From contig CAZFBA010000006.1 in NCBI GenBank assembly GCA_964517135.1, forward strand, positions 17,447-81,446: DNA of 64,000 nucleotides, given 5' to 3'. Under the pieces are notes generated by a model, which saw nothing but the letters and a program-made list of their open reading frames with translations, ran no database searches and was not told where the DNA came from. Numbering within the stretch: the first letter of the stretch is position 1; every line of letters begins with the position of its first letter. The position numbers and the translations under genes were made by a program. Origin of the DNA: an uncultured Gammaproteobacteria bacterium. GTDB lineage: Bacteria > Cyanobacteriota > Vampirovibrionia > JBFMGH01. This document shows, piece after piece, positions 50,618 to 60,031 of this stretch.

Positions 50618-52924
50618 CTAATTAGCCTGTGTTGTTAGCCTTTCTTTACGCTTTTGATAATAATAGAAAACCACATAAGCTATTAGAGCAAGGATTAATG
50701 GCAATATGATTGTCCATACACCCAGTATAACTGTGAAAATATATATCACGATTGCCCAGGTTATAACAAATTTTGCCCGCTCAATATAAGCCTCTGGCTT
50801 TTTAATAAGAGTATGCAGGTGTTTTACCAGATACCAGGCACCAGCAAGCAAGAATAAAAATAGTATCAAAGAAACAAATTTTGTTATACTAAATACATTA
50901 ATTGAAGGCGACCCAGAATCCAGTAAATAGTCAGAAAAATCATATCTTTTAAGATCTGTAACAGGTGGCATCTCGTGTTTAGTACCCGCAATACCGGCAA
51001 CTTTACCACCAGAAATATCATAGTCAGAGGGTTGAGCAATATTTGCTACCTGACCCACAACCCTTTCTTCTGGCATCTCCTGTTTCTTATCATAGTCGTC
51101 ATAGCTTTCTTTATAAGAAGTGATGTAAGAAGCATAGTTAGTATAACCACGATTTAGCGGTGTGATAAACCAATATTTCAGTTTTTCAGGCAGATAAACC
51201 GTCCAGGATAATGTCAATGTAGGAATATTTTTAACATCTGGAGCCAGCAGGTCAAAATCATTTATAAACAGCTTATTCAGTATATTGAATCTTTCATCCT
51301 GCTTGTAGATAACAGCAAGCGTAAAAGGTACTTCGTTCTGATGTTTCTTAATATTGATAGAATAGATAATATTCTCATCTTCAGAAGGCTCTTTGCCTAT
51401 CTGAATGACCTTCCCGTTAATTGTTGCAGTTAATATTTCAGCATGAAAAGGAAGTGTAAACTTAAAAAAGCTCTCACTCATATTTCTTATCTGATATTCA
51501 GCTCTGGTTGTTAGTATGCCATCAGTTGAAAGTCTGGAATCAATTCTGGCTTTATCTATCATTGCTACTTTTACACCAGCATCCTCATGAGGAATAACCT
51601 CAAGATCAAGCTTATAGTCTTTTTGTATAAAGCCATAAGAAAGAATAATAGGATGTTCAGCCAGTGATGTCAGGCCATAAGGCAGGTCACCAAGATCCAT
51701 AACAGAAATTTTATCAAGACCAACTTCTTTTATTTCAAGACTGGCAGTACTTTGAACAGCAACATAACCTGTAACTTTGTTAATTTCCCTGCCTGTAAGG
51801 TAGAGATTAGGGATCGTGACCTCTGCTGGCTTTTTATTTTCAAATGTTTTTTCATAAATAATGTTAAATACTGCATTATCTTTGATCTTTGAATTAAAGT
51901 AAACAGTTAAAAGCTTGCCAGGCTTATTTTTATCAGGATTTGTTATAACAGGAGGCCCTTTTTTAACTATATTGCCGGGGCTTGTAACGCTGATAACCTC
52001 AAAATTATCATTATCAGGTATATGCAGGGTAAGCTTTTCTACTGGTTTATGGTATATTTGACAGTTATAAGTTGAAAACCCCTGTATAAGACCTTCATCA
52101 ACAGTAATCAATGACTGCACTTCAGCAATAACTTTTGAAGGGCGTTTATAATCTATTTCTTTTTTTGTTGTAACTACTTCTGGCATTTTAACAAGGTTTG
52201 ATTTCCAGTCAACCTGTACATTGCCATGACCTATTAGGCTGGCATAAGTAATAGTATTGCCATCTTTAATTTCTTCACGCTGCCCGGAAGCATTAGCAAT
52301 ATTCAGTTTTACAGGTGTTTCAGGAACTTTGATAATTAACCGTGTGATAGGCAGACGTGGCATATTGAAATTAAACGATTTTGTATTGCCAGATTCATTC
52401 AATTTTACGTCAAACTTTAATTTCAAAGAATGTTCTCCGAGTTCATCAGAAAGAACCCTGAATTCATTATTATCAGCACTCAACGGTGCAGGCTTACCAT
52501 CAAATTCAGCTGATTTAAGCCCGATCTGGGTTGATATAACAGGTATATAGGTCCATTCTTTGTTTAAAATTTGAATTTTATAATCAGCATCAAAAGAAAT
52601 GTGATCATCCTGAACGATTCCTGTCAGGGCAAGATCCTTAATGACATAGTTGACGGGCGCAAGAGGCCTGATTTGTGACTTTTCATTAATAAGCTCTGTC
52701 AGCTCTTTATAAGACATATAGACAAGATTTTTGTTTTTATTCAGTAATTTATCCAGTTCTCTGTATGGTATAAAAGTTACTTCTTCTTTTCTGAGCTTAA
52801 ATTCAACTTCATCATTATTATTACCACTTGTATTTTGTGGGTCTGCTGCCATGTTAGGTTGCAAAATAATCATGGATAAAGCTATTAGTATTACAAATGA
52901 AATAAAATACTTAACTCTAGTCAT
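50618..52924 (-). CDS. Large exported protein of unknown function with a C-terminal TM anchor, paralogous to the next gene
   Basis: The signal peptide is MTRVKYFISFVILIALSMIILQ, and the ATG at 52924 avoids overlapping the next gene. Shared segments with the neighbour include NTKSFNFxxP(N/R)(I/L)PI. There are about 3 C-terminal TM helices. Confidence 0.5.
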   Translation of the reverse strand: MTRVKYFISFVILIALSMIILQPNMAADPQNTSGNNNDEVEFKLRKEEVTFIPYRELDKLLNKNKNLVYMSYKELTELINEKSQIRPLAPVNYVIKDLALTGIVQDDHISFDADYKIQILNKEWTYIPVISTQIGLKSAEFDGKPAPLSADNNEFRVLSDELGEHSLKLKFDVKLNESGNTKSFNFNMPRLPITRLIIKVPETPVKLNIANASGQREEIKDGNTITYASLIGHGNVQVDWKSNLVKMPEVVTTKKEIDYKRPSKVIAEVQSLITVDEGLIQGFSTYNCQIYHKPVEKLTLHIPDNDNFEVISVTSPGNIVKKGPPVITNPDKNKPGKLLTVYFNSKIKDNAVFNIIYEKTFENKKPAEVTIPNLYLTGREINKVTGYVAVQSTASLEIKEVGLDKISVMDLGDLPYGLTSLAEHPIILSYGFIQKDYKLDLEVIPHEDAGVKVAMIDKARIDSRLSTDGILTTRAEYQIRNMSESFFKFTLPFHAEILTATINGKVIQIGKEPSEDENIIYSINIKKHQNEVPFTLAVIYKQDERFNILNKLFINDFDLLAPDVKNIPTLTLSWTVYLPEKLKYWFITPLNRGYTNYASYITSYKESYDDYDKKQEMPEERVVGQVANIAQPSDYDISGGKVAGIAGTKHEMPPVTDLKRYDFSDYLLDSGSPSINVFSITKFVSLILFLFLLAGAWYLVKHLHTLIKKPEAYIERAKFVITWAIVIYIFTVILGVWTIILPLILALIAYVVFYYYQKRKERLTTQAN

Positions 52925-55670
52925 TGTTATGGCCCTCCATGTTATCCTGTGATTCAGTGTGTGCAATATTTTGCTCCTCAGGCGGATCTTTTTTGAGTGA
53001 AGACCGTTTTGACTGAACCACTTTGTATATCAGATAAATAGACCCTGCGGCGATAGAAAGTAGTATAATAAACAACAGAATGCCAAAGCAGAGCTTAATT
53101 GAACCCAGCAATAATGATATAAATACCAATAACAAAAATAAAAGAATTACGACTGAAATACCTATTGCTTTATTACGTCTGGCCTTTTCCAGTTGCATTA
53201 TCCATTTTGAGAGTCTATATAACCCAAACAGTATGGCTACAACAATGCCCAGAAATATGATAAGCCAGAGCAAGCTCCACTTAAAAATATAAAACAACAA
53301 TGAAGCCAGCAATACTGCCGGAATAATAAATTTAGGTGTTTTAAACTCTTTCTGTCTTCCTGATGCAATCAGAAAAGCAATTAATACTATTATAACTGCA
53401 ATATTAATAATAGTTATTAGTTTTTTATTTCCATAAAATGTGAATATAGAAGGCATATTATTAGCCTGGAAAGAAATCTGGTAGAAATCATAAACCTTAC
53501 CAACTCTGGGAAGGTCTACATAAATAGGAAGCTTGCCAACCTTCTTGGTTTTAAAAGGCATTTTACCCTGAAATTGCTGAATATCTCTGCCTTTTATTTT
53601 ATAGTCATAATAAGAATCAGAAACCCGTGAACTCATAGGGGGCGGGGCTGGTGCAGGAGACCTTTTTAGTTCCATATCAAGTTTAGCTTTTTGCTGCATT
53701 TCACTGCTGGCAAGTTCATCAGACATTATCATATTTTCTTCATACTCTATCTGAGCCGGTTCTTGCATAACAGCATTAATTGTGCTGATACTTTTGTGCC
53801 TTTTATGAGGTTTTTCAACTTTTTGCAGGTTAGAAAGAAGTTCAACCGGTAAAAAGTCTTTCTTGTGAGGCAAATAAATTCTCCATTTGACCGAATTTGA
53901 GTCAAGTTCGGCAGAAATAGCTTTTATGCTGGTGAAACCCAGGCTACCTTTGATTATATTGAGTGGTTTTTCAATCAATTTAAGTGTCTGGTTTTTAAGA
54001 TTGAACTTTTTATCCACGAAATAAACTATTTCAACAGGGAAAGCCTTACCACCTGCTTCTGAATCAGAAGATTTTGAGAGAGGAATAGAATAAATATTTT
54101 TCTCTTTATCAAGAAGGGCAGGCTTTACAGACTTATTATCAACATAAACGCTCCATATGTCAGCTTTATCAGGAAGAGTAACTTCAAGAAACTGTTTTCT
54201 GGTATTTCTGATCTGAAAAACTGCTTTTGAGAAGACCTGACCATCTTCATTCATAACAGAATTAATAACCAGTGAATTAATAGTAGCTTCATAAACAGCT
54301 ACATCTTCGTGCCTGATGACATCAATAGTAATATCGTAGGGTGAATCAACGACATTGCTTTTGTTTTTCTGATATTTGAATGCGATAGAAGCGTTCATAC
54401 CTGAAAGTGGCCCGGTAAGTTCTTTTGAATCTATTTCAGTATAGTTTTTGTTCTCATCTGTTTCTGTAATATTTGTTTCAATGTTAGTCGTTTCGGCTAT
54501 ACCGACAAAGCCTGTTTCACGATCAATGTTTTTATTAGCCAGTGTAATAGCAGGTATTTTAGTAATAAAAGATGTTCCGTCGAAATTTTTTCTGTAATTG
54601 ATTACAAGAGAAAGATTTCCTTCTACGGGAGATGTTAAATCAACAGGCAAAATACCATCTTTATTTACTTCAGGCGATGGATCAATAACTTCAACGTTAT
54701 TATTTGCTGTAATGCTATCAATTTCAACTTCTTCAGGAATAAAGAAATCAAAATGATTTACTGCTGCGTGTCTAATGTCAATATTAACGGTATATCTACC
54801 TTTTAGTGTTCCTCTGCCAAGTTCAATTTTGTTATAGGTAACAGCTGTAATAGAAGGAGGCAATTTAGTTTTGTCATCATCTTTTTCTGTAATGATTGTA
54901 CTTTTAGGGTTCCATTTAACTTCTATCTGGTTGACGGGAGGGAAGGATGCAAAAAGCTTTGATCCTTCATCAACGTTTTTTGATGCAATAGAGGTAGCGT
55001 TAGGCACTGTAAAATCAAGGTTTTTCTGGTTTACAACACAATGAAGACTTACAATAGGTATATTAGGAAGTAAAAAGTTAAAAGATTTAGTGTTTACAGA
55101 AGGATCTTTGAGAAGTTTTGTTGATAAATCTACTTTTAGTCTGTGGATACCCTTTTCTTTAAGTGCAAGATAATAGTAACCACGGGAAACCTGAGAGGCA
55201 TTTTTGAATTTTGAAAGATCCTGACCGGAGTTGAAGGTAGTCATAAAGGCTGGCTGATCATTAAGTTTTGAGGAAGAAATGGCGACCTGATCAGATATTA
55301 CAGGTATTAAAGTCCATTCATCATCGAGTTTGCTTATGTTATAAACGCCTGAAATATTAATATAGTCATCTTTGATGTTTGCATAATAGGTTGCAGAAGA
55401 CATTTGATAGTTTACAGGCGGATCATCAGATTTAGTTTTGGTCGGGTTTTTGGCATCTTCAATTTCTTGAAGGTCTTTTTTATCGATAAATATGAAATTG
55501 TGTTGCATATTGTCGATATTACCTGGGTTTTTCGGGTCATAAGGCACCCATAACTTCAGGGGTCTGTCTGTAAAATCAATTGGCGGACGATCTTTTGCAA
55601 GTGAATAGCCACCAAAAATCAAAATAATAACCAATAATGATAAAATAAATGGCCAAAAAACTTTCTTCAC
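52917..55670 (-). CDS. Large exported protein of unknown function with a multi-helix C-terminal membrane anchor, paralog
   Basis: The signal peptide is MKKVFWPFILSLLVIILIFGGYSLA. The ectodomain is about 700 aa. There are 4–5 C-terminal TM helices and an acidic tail. Confidence 0.5.
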   Translation of the reverse strand: MKKVFWPFILSLLVIILIFGGYSLAKDRPPIDFTDRPLKLWVPYDPKNPGNIDNMQHNFIFIDKKDLQEIEDAKNPTKTKSDDPPVNYQMSSATYYANIKDDYINISGVYNISKLDDEWTLIPVISDQVAISSSKLNDQPAFMTTFNSGQDLSKFKNASQVSRGYYYLALKEKGIHRLKVDLSTKLLKDPSVNTKSFNFLLPNIPIVSLHCVVNQKNLDFTVPNATSIASKNVDEGSKLFASFPPVNQIEVKWNPKSTIITEKDDDKTKLPPSITAVTYNKIELGRGTLKGRYTVNIDIRHAAVNHFDFFIPEEVEIDSITANNNVEVIDPSPEVNKDGILPVDLTSPVEGNLSLVINYRKNFDGTSFITKIPAITLANKNIDRETGFVGIAETTNIETNITETDENKNYTEIDSKELTGPLSGMNASIAFKYQKNKSNVVDSPYDITIDVIRHEDVAVYEATINSLVINSVMNEDGQVFSKAVFQIRNTRKQFLEVTLPDKADIWSVYVDNKSVKPALLDKEKNIYSIPLSKSSDSEAGGKAFPVEIVYFVDKKFNLKNQTLKLIEKPLNIIKGSLGFTSIKAISAELDSNSVKWRIYLPHKKDFLPVELLSNLQKVEKPHKRHKSISTINAVMQEPAQIEYEENMIMSDELASSEMQQKAKLDMELKRSPAPAPPPMSSRVSDSYYDYKIKGRDIQQFQGKMPFKTKKVGKLPIYVDLPRVGKVYDFYQISFQANNMPSIFTFYGNKKLITIINIAVIIVLIAFLIASGRQKEFKTPKFIIPAVLLASLLFYIFKWSLLWLIIFLGIVVAILFGLYRLSKWIMQLEKARRNKAIGISVVILLFLLLVFISLLLGSIKLCFGILLFIILLSIAAGSIYLIYKVVQSKRSSLKKDPPEEQNIAHTESQDNMEGHNND

Positions 55671-55802
55671 AGCTGTTACCTCGTTTTTTAATGAATCCCA
55701 CTAATTATCAGTAATTTATTTTTATAGAGTGTTCGTTTTCAAATAATATTCCATATTTAAATTCAAATTTGTTAATAAAGTTCATTGCAGAATCTGAATT
55801 TT

Positions 55803-55918
55803 TTTCGATTTTCAACCCCGGATCCCACCCGCCCTAAAGGAATGCAAAAGGTTTCACTCGCAAGCCTGGCTTGCTCATTCAACCCATATCTTAAATTTAT
55901 ATTGTTTGAAAATCGAAA
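55803..55918. other. GC-rich island flanked by a perfect 13-bp inverted repeat, TTTCGATTTTCAA...TTGAAAATCGAAA. Candidate structured ncRNA or miniature element.
   Basis: The core ccccggatcccacccgccc...gcaagcctggcttgc is GC-rich against an AT-rich background. It sits in a 394-bp intergenic region upstream of the 917-aa gene. Confidence 0.3.
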
Positions 55919-56064
55919 CACAGGTAAAAATCATTATAGTAATGTATCAAATTTTAATTAGTTTAAAATAGATATTTGATAAATACAATAATAACTTTTC
56001 AAGGTCTTTTTCAAGGATCATTCAATAAGGTTAAAGAGCTTTAATATTAAGTGTATCCGGATAT

Positions 56065-57111
56065 TTAACTAAAGCAAAGACCAATTAAACCAAGGCTTAT
56101 AACGACAAAAATTGTTGTCAATATAAACTTAATAGAGACAGGTGTTTTTGACAGTAGTGGAAAACGTTTTGCAGCAGCAGCTTCAAGATTAACAGCAACT
56201 CCATTGATAAAGAATACAAAGAATATCAGCCAGGCATATTCAGGTTGAAAGAGCAAAACAACATAAGCATGTATTAAAGCAGAAAAAGTAAAAATGATAA
56301 TGTTTGCCATACTTGCTGATAACTTAAATTTTCTTCTTAAAGGCTTGTAAAGATAAGTAAAAAACCATTCATTACCCCATAGATTCCAGCGTCTCCAGAA
56401 TTCACCAATAGAAGTAGCAAGAAAAGCCTTATCCTGATAGTACATGAACTTGTATCCACCCAGGATATTGTAAAATGAAGAAGCCAGAGACAATAATGCA
56501 GAAGTCCAGATACCGACGAGAACAACTGTAAAGCCTACACCGATGATAATAGGTAAAGCCCAGTGTCCTTTAAACATTGTTACAAAAAGGTCTTGAGGTA
56601 GTCTTATAAAATTAAATATACAGTTCAGCAAAAACCAGGAGACAAATATCTGAAAGATTAAAAGACAGGCTCTTTTGAGGTTTTTAGATCTATTTTTATC
56701 CCTGTTAATATCTTTTGGGCCCTCAACAGGGTAATTATAGACATAGTGAGGCAAGACAAACATAAATAACAATACAAACTTTAAAGGCGGTATTTCTCGC
56801 TTTTGCTGAATAATTTCAAACTGAATAGAAAAGAATTTCAGCAAAATAATAATTAAAAAAACAAGAGTAAAAGGAATATAAGCTCTGAAGTCATTATAAC
56901 CGATAGGTATAGCACCAAAATTTCGATCTTCCATGAAGTAAGGCACAGGAATAAGCATTAAAATAAGAATACAAATTGCTGTAAAAATGTATTTAGCCTT
57001 TTTAGGTAGTTTTTGAATGTTGAAATAATAACATGCCACAGTTATCAGAACGATACTGGCAACGAAGTTTAAATTAGCCATATAAGGTGGATAATCAATA
57101 TTTAAAATCAT
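56065..57111 (-). CDS. MBOAT-family membrane-bound O-acyltransferase (AlgI/DltB-like), short form
   Basis: The MBOAT signature is EFWRRWNLWGNEWFFTYLYKPL, and a conserved His lies in ALIHAYV. It is polytopic. It overlaps the upstream gene by 4 bp. Confidence 0.65.
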   Translation of the reverse strand: MILNIDYPPYMANLNFVASIVLITVACYYFNIQKLPKKAKYIFTAICILILMLIPVPYFMEDRNFGAIPIGYNDFRAYIPFTLVFLIIILLKFFSIQFEIIQQKREIPPLKFVLLFMFVLPHYVYNYPVEGPKDINRDKNRSKNLKRACLLIFQIFVSWFLLNCIFNFIRLPQDLFVTMFKGHWALPIIIGVGFTVVLVGIWTSALLSLASSFYNILGGYKFMYYQDKAFLATSIGEFWRRWNLWGNEWFFTYLYKPLRRKFKLSASMANIIIFTFSALIHAYVVLLFQPEYAWLIFFVFFINGVAVNLEAAAAKRFPLLSKTPVSIKFILTTIFVVISLGLIGLCFS

Positions 57112-57545
57112 TTTATACTTAAAAGACTTGCATTATAACGACTATCATGTTCTCTTGTAATATTAGCTCCTGTTATTTCCTGTATTACAGCCTCTATGGT
57201 AAGATAGACTTCGCATTGTTCTCTGATGCAGCCAATTTTAGATTCACTGTAGTGTCCTACACCTGAGTGCAGGTGTATTTTAGGTTCATCATTTTCCCGG
57301 GCAAATATAGCCAGGCCCAGAACTTCACGTGCATCGTCAAATTCCCACCATGATGGTGACGGAGGATAAGCTTTCTCTTCAGGGCCAAGTACCAGTTTAC
57401 TTTTTGATACAGCTCCCATCAGATGAATAAGGCCAGCTTTGATATTTTCTTTTTTGATGATAGTTTTCAGTCCCTCAAGAAGGTCTTCTGAGTCGTCAAA
57501 CCTTGCAACAAATATCCTGCCGGGTTTAGCTTCTTTATAGTCCAT
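57108..57545 (-). CDS. PPC-domain (DUF296) protein
   Basis: 145 aa. The pattern GRIFVARFDDSEDLLEGLKTIIKKENIKAGLIHLMGAVS...HLHSGVGH matches the PPC/DUF296 fold family. Confidence 0.6.
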   Translation of the reverse strand: MDYKEAKPGRIFVARFDDSEDLLEGLKTIIKKENIKAGLIHLMGAVSKSKLVLGPEEKAYPPSPSWWEFDDAREVLGLAIFARENDEPKIHLHSGVGHYSESKIGCIREQCEVYLTIEAVIQEITGANITREHDSRYNASLLSIK

Positions 57546-57557
57546 CTTTTTACTCCA

Positions 57558-58097
57558 TTACCAGGGTTCTTTACAGACACCAAGTTTATAACCAATGATA
57601 TTAAATAACCAGTGGAAAAGCGGTGTAATTATTATTATGGCAATTATTATAGGCAAAGTAAAATAATTAATAAACCACTTATAATCAAATATTAAGGTAA
57701 ATAACCAGGCTCCTGTTACAAAATCAAGTTGATCAACCAGCGGCAGAGCTTTGCCTCTTTCGATATTAATACGTCGTTTGATAAAGCTGCCAGCAATGTC
57801 ACCTGAAAGAGTACCCAGTGGGAGTGTTATCATTGCTATAATAGAAAACAGAGGCATATTAAGGTATTCGGCCAGCATGTTTTGTATCAAAGCCATTGTA
57901 ATACCTGTTATTATACCTGCAATTAAGCCTCTAATAGTTTTGCCGTCACCCAGAATACGGTTATTGCCTATGTATTTGCCACCATCGAGGGGTTTGCCTG
58001 TGCCAGAAATATGAGTGATAATAGCCGGAGCCATGTTTGCCAGAAAAGCTGGCAACATAAGCCATAAAGCAATTATTATTGTGTTGATTATTTCCAT
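57558..58097 (-). CDS. CDP-archaeol synthase (CarS, DUF46) family membrane protein
   Basis: 179 aa with about 5 TM helices. The motifs LWLMLPAFLAN and NRILGDGKTIRG match the CarS family's LPAYxAN and ILGDGKTWRG. Confidence 0.6.
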   Translation of the reverse strand: MEIINTIIIALWLMLPAFLANMAPAIITHISGTGKPLDGGKYIGNNRILGDGKTIRGLIAGIITGITMALIQNMLAEYLNMPLFSIIAMITLPLGTLSGDIAGSFIKRRINIERGKALPLVDQLDFVTGAWLFTLIFDYKWFINYFTLPIIIAIIIITPLFHWLFNIIGYKLGVCKEPW

Positions 58098-58132
58098 GAA
58101 ACCCTTTCAGAAATAGAATAATCAGAAGATAA

Positions 58133-59518
58133 TTAGTTGTATACAGTTGATTTTTGTCGGTAAATATATTTGCCTCTACCCTTTGATGCTGTTATCTGAC
58201 CATTTTCAACAATAATTTCACCTCTAGATGTAACAACATAGGGTTTTCCTGTAACTTCTATGCCTTCATATGCGTTATAGTCTACATTCTGGTGGTGATT
58301 ATTGGCTGAAATAACCCACTTACAATCAGGATCATAAACAACAATATCTGCATCTGAACCTGTATTGAGAGATCCTTTTTGTGGATAAAGCCCGAAGATC
58401 TTTGCCGGTGTAGAAGAAACAAGATTAACAAAGCGATTTAAAGACAGTTTTCTTTTTTTGACTCCTTCAGAAAAAAGAAGGTTAACTCTGTCTTCAATAC
58501 CCGGCAGACCGTTAGGTATTCTGGAGAAGTCATCAAGATTGTTTTTTCTTTCTATACCGGCATTAAAAGGGCAATGGTCAGTAGCAAAAACATCAATCTC
58601 GCCGTTAAGGAGTGCATTCCAGAGATGTTTGAGCCCTTTTGCAGGTCTTAGTGGAGGGCTGCATATGTATTTTGCTGCCTCATACGCATCCTGATCATAA
58701 AGACTATCATCAAGAAGAAGGTATTGCGGGCAGGTTTCAACAAAAACTTTTTTGTTTTTAAAGCGGGCTTTTTGAATTGTTTTTAAACCCTCAGCCGTAC
58801 TCAGGTGGGCAATAAATATTGGTATGTTTGCAAAATCAGCTATGTCTATAGCGTGCTGAATTGAATCAGACTCTACAAAAGGAGGTCTTGTCTGTGAATG
58901 ATAAACCGGATGTTTTTTACCTTCTTTTAAAAATTTCTTTACGAAGTAATCAAGCAAATAGCCATTTTCACAGTGCATAGAAACTAGAATATCACTGGCC
59001 TTAGAGAGTTCAAAAACCCTGTAAATCTGGTCATCTGTGAGCATGTAGTTACCCTTATAAGCAGTAAAACATTTTATTGAAGTAACCCCCATGTCTGGCA
59101 AATCTTTTATTTCTTCAAAAATAGACTCTTCAGGATCAGAGATAGTCATATGAAAGCCATAATCGATAACAGATTTGTTATTTGCTTTATTAACCCACAG
59201 TTTAAAAGCATCTTTAAGTGTTTGACCTCTAAAAGGTACAATATAATCAACGATACAGGTTGTACCTCCTGCAGCTGCTGCCAGAGTGCCAGTGTAAAAA
59301 TCATCTACTGAAAAGAATTCTCTGACAGGCAATTCAAGGTGTGTATGAGCATCTATAAAGCCGGGAAAAACAAATTTACCTGTCGCATCTATGATTTTAT
59401 CTGCCTTTTCAGTAAGTTCATCTGAAATAGTGGTTATTTTCCCATTATTTATAGCAATATCAGCTTTAAAGGTATCTGTCCCTGTAACCAGTATGCCATT
59501 TTTGATGATAATATTCAT
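58133..59518 (-). CDS. Cyclic amidohydrolase (dihydropyrimidinase/D-hydantoinase family)
   Basis: PGFIDAHTHLELP is the metal-binding HxH. IKCFTAYKGNYML carries the carboxylated-Lys region, and VSMHCENG and ATDHCPF follow. A GGGAGA RBS precedes the ATG at 59518; the track start is a GTG. Confidence 0.8.
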   Translation of the reverse strand: MNIIIKNGILVTGTDTFKADIAINNGKITTISDELTEKADKIIDATGKFVFPGFIDAHTHLELPVREFFSVDDFYTGTLAAAAGGTTCIVDYIVPFRGQTLKDAFKLWVNKANNKSVIDYGFHMTISDPEESIFEEIKDLPDMGVTSIKCFTAYKGNYMLTDDQIYRVFELSKASDILVSMHCENGYLLDYFVKKFLKEGKKHPVYHSQTRPPFVESDSIQHAIDIADFANIPIFIAHLSTAEGLKTIQKARFKNKKVFVETCPQYLLLDDSLYDQDAYEAAKYICSPPLRPAKGLKHLWNALLNGEIDVFATDHCPFNAGIERKNNLDDFSRIPNGLPGIEDRVNLLFSEGVKKRKLSLNRFVNLVSSTPAKIFGLYPQKGSLNTGSDADIVVYDPDCKWVISANNHHQNVDYNAYEGIEVTGKPYVVTSRGEIIVENGQITASKGRGKYIYRQKSTVYN

Positions 59519-59871
59519 AAAGTATTCTCCCTGCACTAAGAATTTGTTTTATACTGATTTGCCACGGATTCATTGTAAAATGAACAGAATTTTCCTCAAA
59601 ATTTTTTTCATAACAATAATAAACATCATGATTACGCAGGTTCCAGCCCTGTATCTTTTGAAATCAAATTACTGATGACGTTGATTATAGCAGCATTAAA
59701 GATCTCATGCTTATTGAAGCACAATTTTTATATCGTCAATCGTTAAATTTTTAAGACTAATGCATAATTATTACAATAGATTTTTTGCTTTCAATTTTCA
59801 AAAATTTTAAAAGTAAAAATATGGATTGAACGAGCAGGCAAACAATTGCTGAGAAAGATCACAAGAAATCA

Positions 59872-59968
59872 CTCAATACCCCGGGGGATAGCCGCTCTGC
59901 AGGCGAAAGGGATAGCCCCCCTTTATGGGGTCAGGTGCCAGTCATTGCACGTGTTTTGAAAATCGAAA
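59872..59968. other. GC-rich island related to the one at 55803..55918. It is candidate ncRNA or repeat element in a divergent promoter region.
   Basis: ccccgggggatagccgctctgcaggcgaaagggatagcccccc contains a direct repeat of GGGATAGCC. It ends with the same TTGAAAATCGAAA motif, about 87 nt from its ccccgg start, matching the roughly 92-nt spacing in the first island. Confidence 0.3.
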
Positions 59969-60031
59969 AATTTTTAAGTTATTCACAGGTCATTTTTATA
60001 GCTTTTTGTTCGCTCTTTTTATACACTGATA

